A stretch of DNA of 64,000 nt, from contig CDRNST010000060.1 in assembly GCA_977016875.1 (NCBI GenBank), forward strand, positions 3,348,001-3,412,000. The letters are read 5' to 3'. This DNA comes from Pavona decussata (Eukaryota). Below the pieces are notes generated by a model, which did no database searches, had not been told where the DNA came from, and worked only from the letters and a program-made list of their open reading frames with translations. The stretch's first letter is position 1. The number at the start of each line of letters is the position of its first letter. Shown here piece by piece: positions 61,388-64,000 of the stretch. The translations under genes were made by a program, and so were the position numbers.

Positions 61388-61848
61388 CTATGAAAGGCGG
61401 CCCTAAACAAATAAGTTAGCTTTCGACAACTATTACCTGTTCCAAAGTTCATAAAGGGACTGGGCCCCAGTTTACACATTGTTCAAACTGCGTCTTTTAA
61501 AGAAATGAATCCAATCGCGATAAAGATCACACAAAAATTACTAGGTTTACCAAGTTTGGTTACGTTTCATTGCGTAGTAACCAGACTGTAACCTTTCAAA
61601 GGTCCCCCAAATCCATGCAATATAATTCTCTAATTTTTAAGATTTTAGATTTCCTTCCACGTAATTTCAATCTAACAACAGAGCAATAAACTTAGTAAAC
61701 GGACTAATTTTAATGTGATCTTTCTTGCCATGGACACCAATTTCTGACTAAATAAAAATTTAAAAAAAACGGGTCGCCAATCTCTTTGAAATTCGGAACG
61801 GGCAATTGGCTACGAAAGGGTTAGTTTCAGGTTTAAGAAATGGCATAC

Positions 61849-64000
61849 CTGGTGCGGAAGTTGGTGCTGGTATGGAAATTGATGCAGCTGTTGACGAGGA
61901 TACTGAAACTGGTGCAGACGTAGATGGTGACACTAAATCTGAAGAGACAACTGAAAATGATACTGTTATCGATGGAGACGTTGATACAGAAACCGCATCT
62001 GAGGCAGTAGCTGACATTGATAATGTCACTGATGCAGACGTTGACAGCGATACCGTCTCTGGTCCAGAGGTAGATGCTGACACTGACTCTGAGGTAGAAG
62101 CTGATAATAATGGTGCTACTGCTTCAGACGTGGATACAGATACTGTTCCTGGTGCAGAGTTAGATGCTGACACTGACTCTGAAGTAAAAGACGATAATGA
62201 TGGTGCTACTGATTCAGACGTCGATACAGATACTGTTCCTAGTGAAGAGGTAGACGCTGACACTGACTCTGAGGTAGAAGCTGATAATGATGGTGCTACT
62301 GATTCAGACGTGGATACAGATACTATTCCTGGTGCAGAGGTAGATGCTGACACTGACTCTGAAGTAGAAGCTGATAATGATGGTGCTACTGATTCAGACG
62401 TCGATACAGATCCTGTTCCTAGTGCAGAGGTAAATGCTGACACTGACTCTGAGGCAAAAGCTGATAATGATGGTCCTACTGATTCAGACGTTGATACAGA
62501 TACTGTTCCTGGTGCAGAGGTAGATGCTGACACTGACTCTGAGATAGAAGCCGATAATGATGCTGCTACTGATTCGGAGGTCAATACAGATACTGTTCCT
62601 GGTGCAGAGGTAGATGCTGACACTGACTCTGAGGTAAAAGCTGATAATGATAGTGCTACTGATTCAGACGTTGATACAGATACTGTTCCTGGTGCAGAGG
62701 TAGATGCTGACACTGACTCTGAGATAGAAGCCGATAATGATGCTGCTACCGATTCAGAGGTCAATACAGATACTGTTCCTGTTGCAGAGGTAGATAATGA
62801 CACTGACTCTGAAGTAGAAGCTGATAATGATGGTGCTACTGATTTAGACGTCGATACAGATACTGTTCCTGGTGCAGAGGTAGATGCTAACACTGACTCT
62901 GAGGTAGAAACTGATAATGATGGTGCTACTGATTCAGAGGTGGATACAGATACTGTTCCTGGTGCAGAAGTAGATGCTGACACTGACTCTGAAGTTGAAG
63001 CTGATAATGATGGTACTACTGATTCAGACGTCGATACAGCTACTGTTCCTGGTGCAGAGGTAGATGCTGACACTGACTCTAAAGTTGAAGCTGATAATGA
63101 TGGTGCTACCGATTTAGACGTCGATACAGATACTGTTCCTGGTGCAGAGGTAGATGCTAACACTGACTCTGAGGTAGAAACTGATAATGATGGTGCTACT
63201 GATTCAGAGGTGGATACAGATACTGTTCCTGGTGCAGAGGTAGATGCTGACACTGACTCTGAAGTTGAGGCTGATAACGAAGGTACTACTGATTCAGACG
63301 TCGATACAGATACTGTTCCTGGTGCAGAGGTAGATGCTGACACTGACTCTGAAGTAGAAGCTGATAATGATGGTGCTACTGATTCAGACGTTGACACAGA
63401 TACTGTTTCCGGTGCAGAGGTAGATGCTGACACTGACTTTGAGATAGAAGCCGATAATGATGCTGCTACTGATTCAGAGGTCGATACAGATACTGTTCCT
63501 GGTGCAGAGGTAGATGCTGACACTGACTCTGAGGTAGAAGCTGATAATGATCGTGCTACTGATTCAGACAAGGATACAGAAACTGTTCCTGGTGCAGAGG
63601 TAGATGCTGACACTGACTTTGAGGTAAAAGCTGATAATGATGGTGCTACTGATTCAGAGGTGGATACAGATACTGTTCCTGGTGCAGAGGTAGATGCTGA
63701 CACTGACTTTGAAGTAGAAGCTGATAATGATAGTGCTGCTGATTCAGACGTCGAAACGGATACTGTTCCTTCTGCAGAGGTAGATGCTGACACTGACGCT
63801 GAGGTAGAAGCTGATAATAATGGTCCTACTGATTCAGATGAGGATACAGATACTTTTCCTGGTGCAGAGGTAGATGCTGACACTGACTCTGAAGCTGAAG
63901 CTGATAATGATGGTACTACTGATTCAGACGTCGATACAGATACTGTTCCTGGTGCAGAGGTAGATGCTGACACTGACTCTGAGGTAAAAGCTGATAATGA
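61849..64000 (-). CDS. Large Ser/Thr/Ala/Val-rich mucin-like exon of 30-aa repeats (5' end outside window)
   Basis: Open frame over >2.1 kb of (SVSASTSAPGTVSVSTSESVAPSLSASTSE)n, ending at donor CCAG|gtatgc (61849/61848), phase 1. The ORF-track tail after APG is intronic. Confidence 0.8.
62050..64000. repeat. Coding 90-bp tandem repeat, about 21 copies in the window
   Basis: Unit GATACAGATACTGTTCCTGGTGCAGAGGTAGATGCTGACACTGACTCTGAGGTAGAAGCTGATAATGATGGTGCTACTGATTCAGACGTC recurs every 90 bp. Confidence 0.97.

Noticed and set aside
61849-64000. Bacterial serine-rich repeat adhesin (contamination or HGT)
   Set aside because: It ends at a canonical spliceosomal donor, has no LPxTG anchor or accessory sec genes, and the similarity is low-complexity only.

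Overview
Eukaryotic, AT-rich, intron-rich DNA. The protein type and the MITE/SINE families suggest a cnidarian, probably a stony coral (inference). One very large minus-strand gene dominates the window. I reconstructed it by hand from GT/AG sites and exon phases: 53 coding exons from 55150 down to 467, 11,699 nt, about 3,900 aa, with consistent phases and no stop seen. The cytoplasmic tail continues off the left edge. Domain order: signal peptide - CAP/GAPR-1-like - 7 x [TSP1 - Pro/Thr/Ser linker - ~120-aa SEA-like domain] - 5 x TSP1 - NIDO - AMOP - VWD (GDPH) - linker - 7 EGF - an eighth, juxtamembrane SEA-like domain - TM helix. This is a MUC4-like transmembrane mucin with a large, recently expanded N-terminal extension. 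Five of the cassettes form a near-identical ~3.5-3.7 kb tandem array including introns (~29.6-47.9 kb), and each carries its own in-frame 18-bp VNTR ([12 protein letters not shown]) of different length. At the right edge is a >2.1 kb minus-strand exon of 90-bp Ser/Thr-rich repeats, from a second mucin-like gene or an alternative 5' end. Introns hold many MITEs, SINE/LINE fragments, a class of hairpin elements sharing a conserved tip, microsatellites and two assembly gaps. Most short ORFs in the supplied track are intronic noise or antisense shadows.
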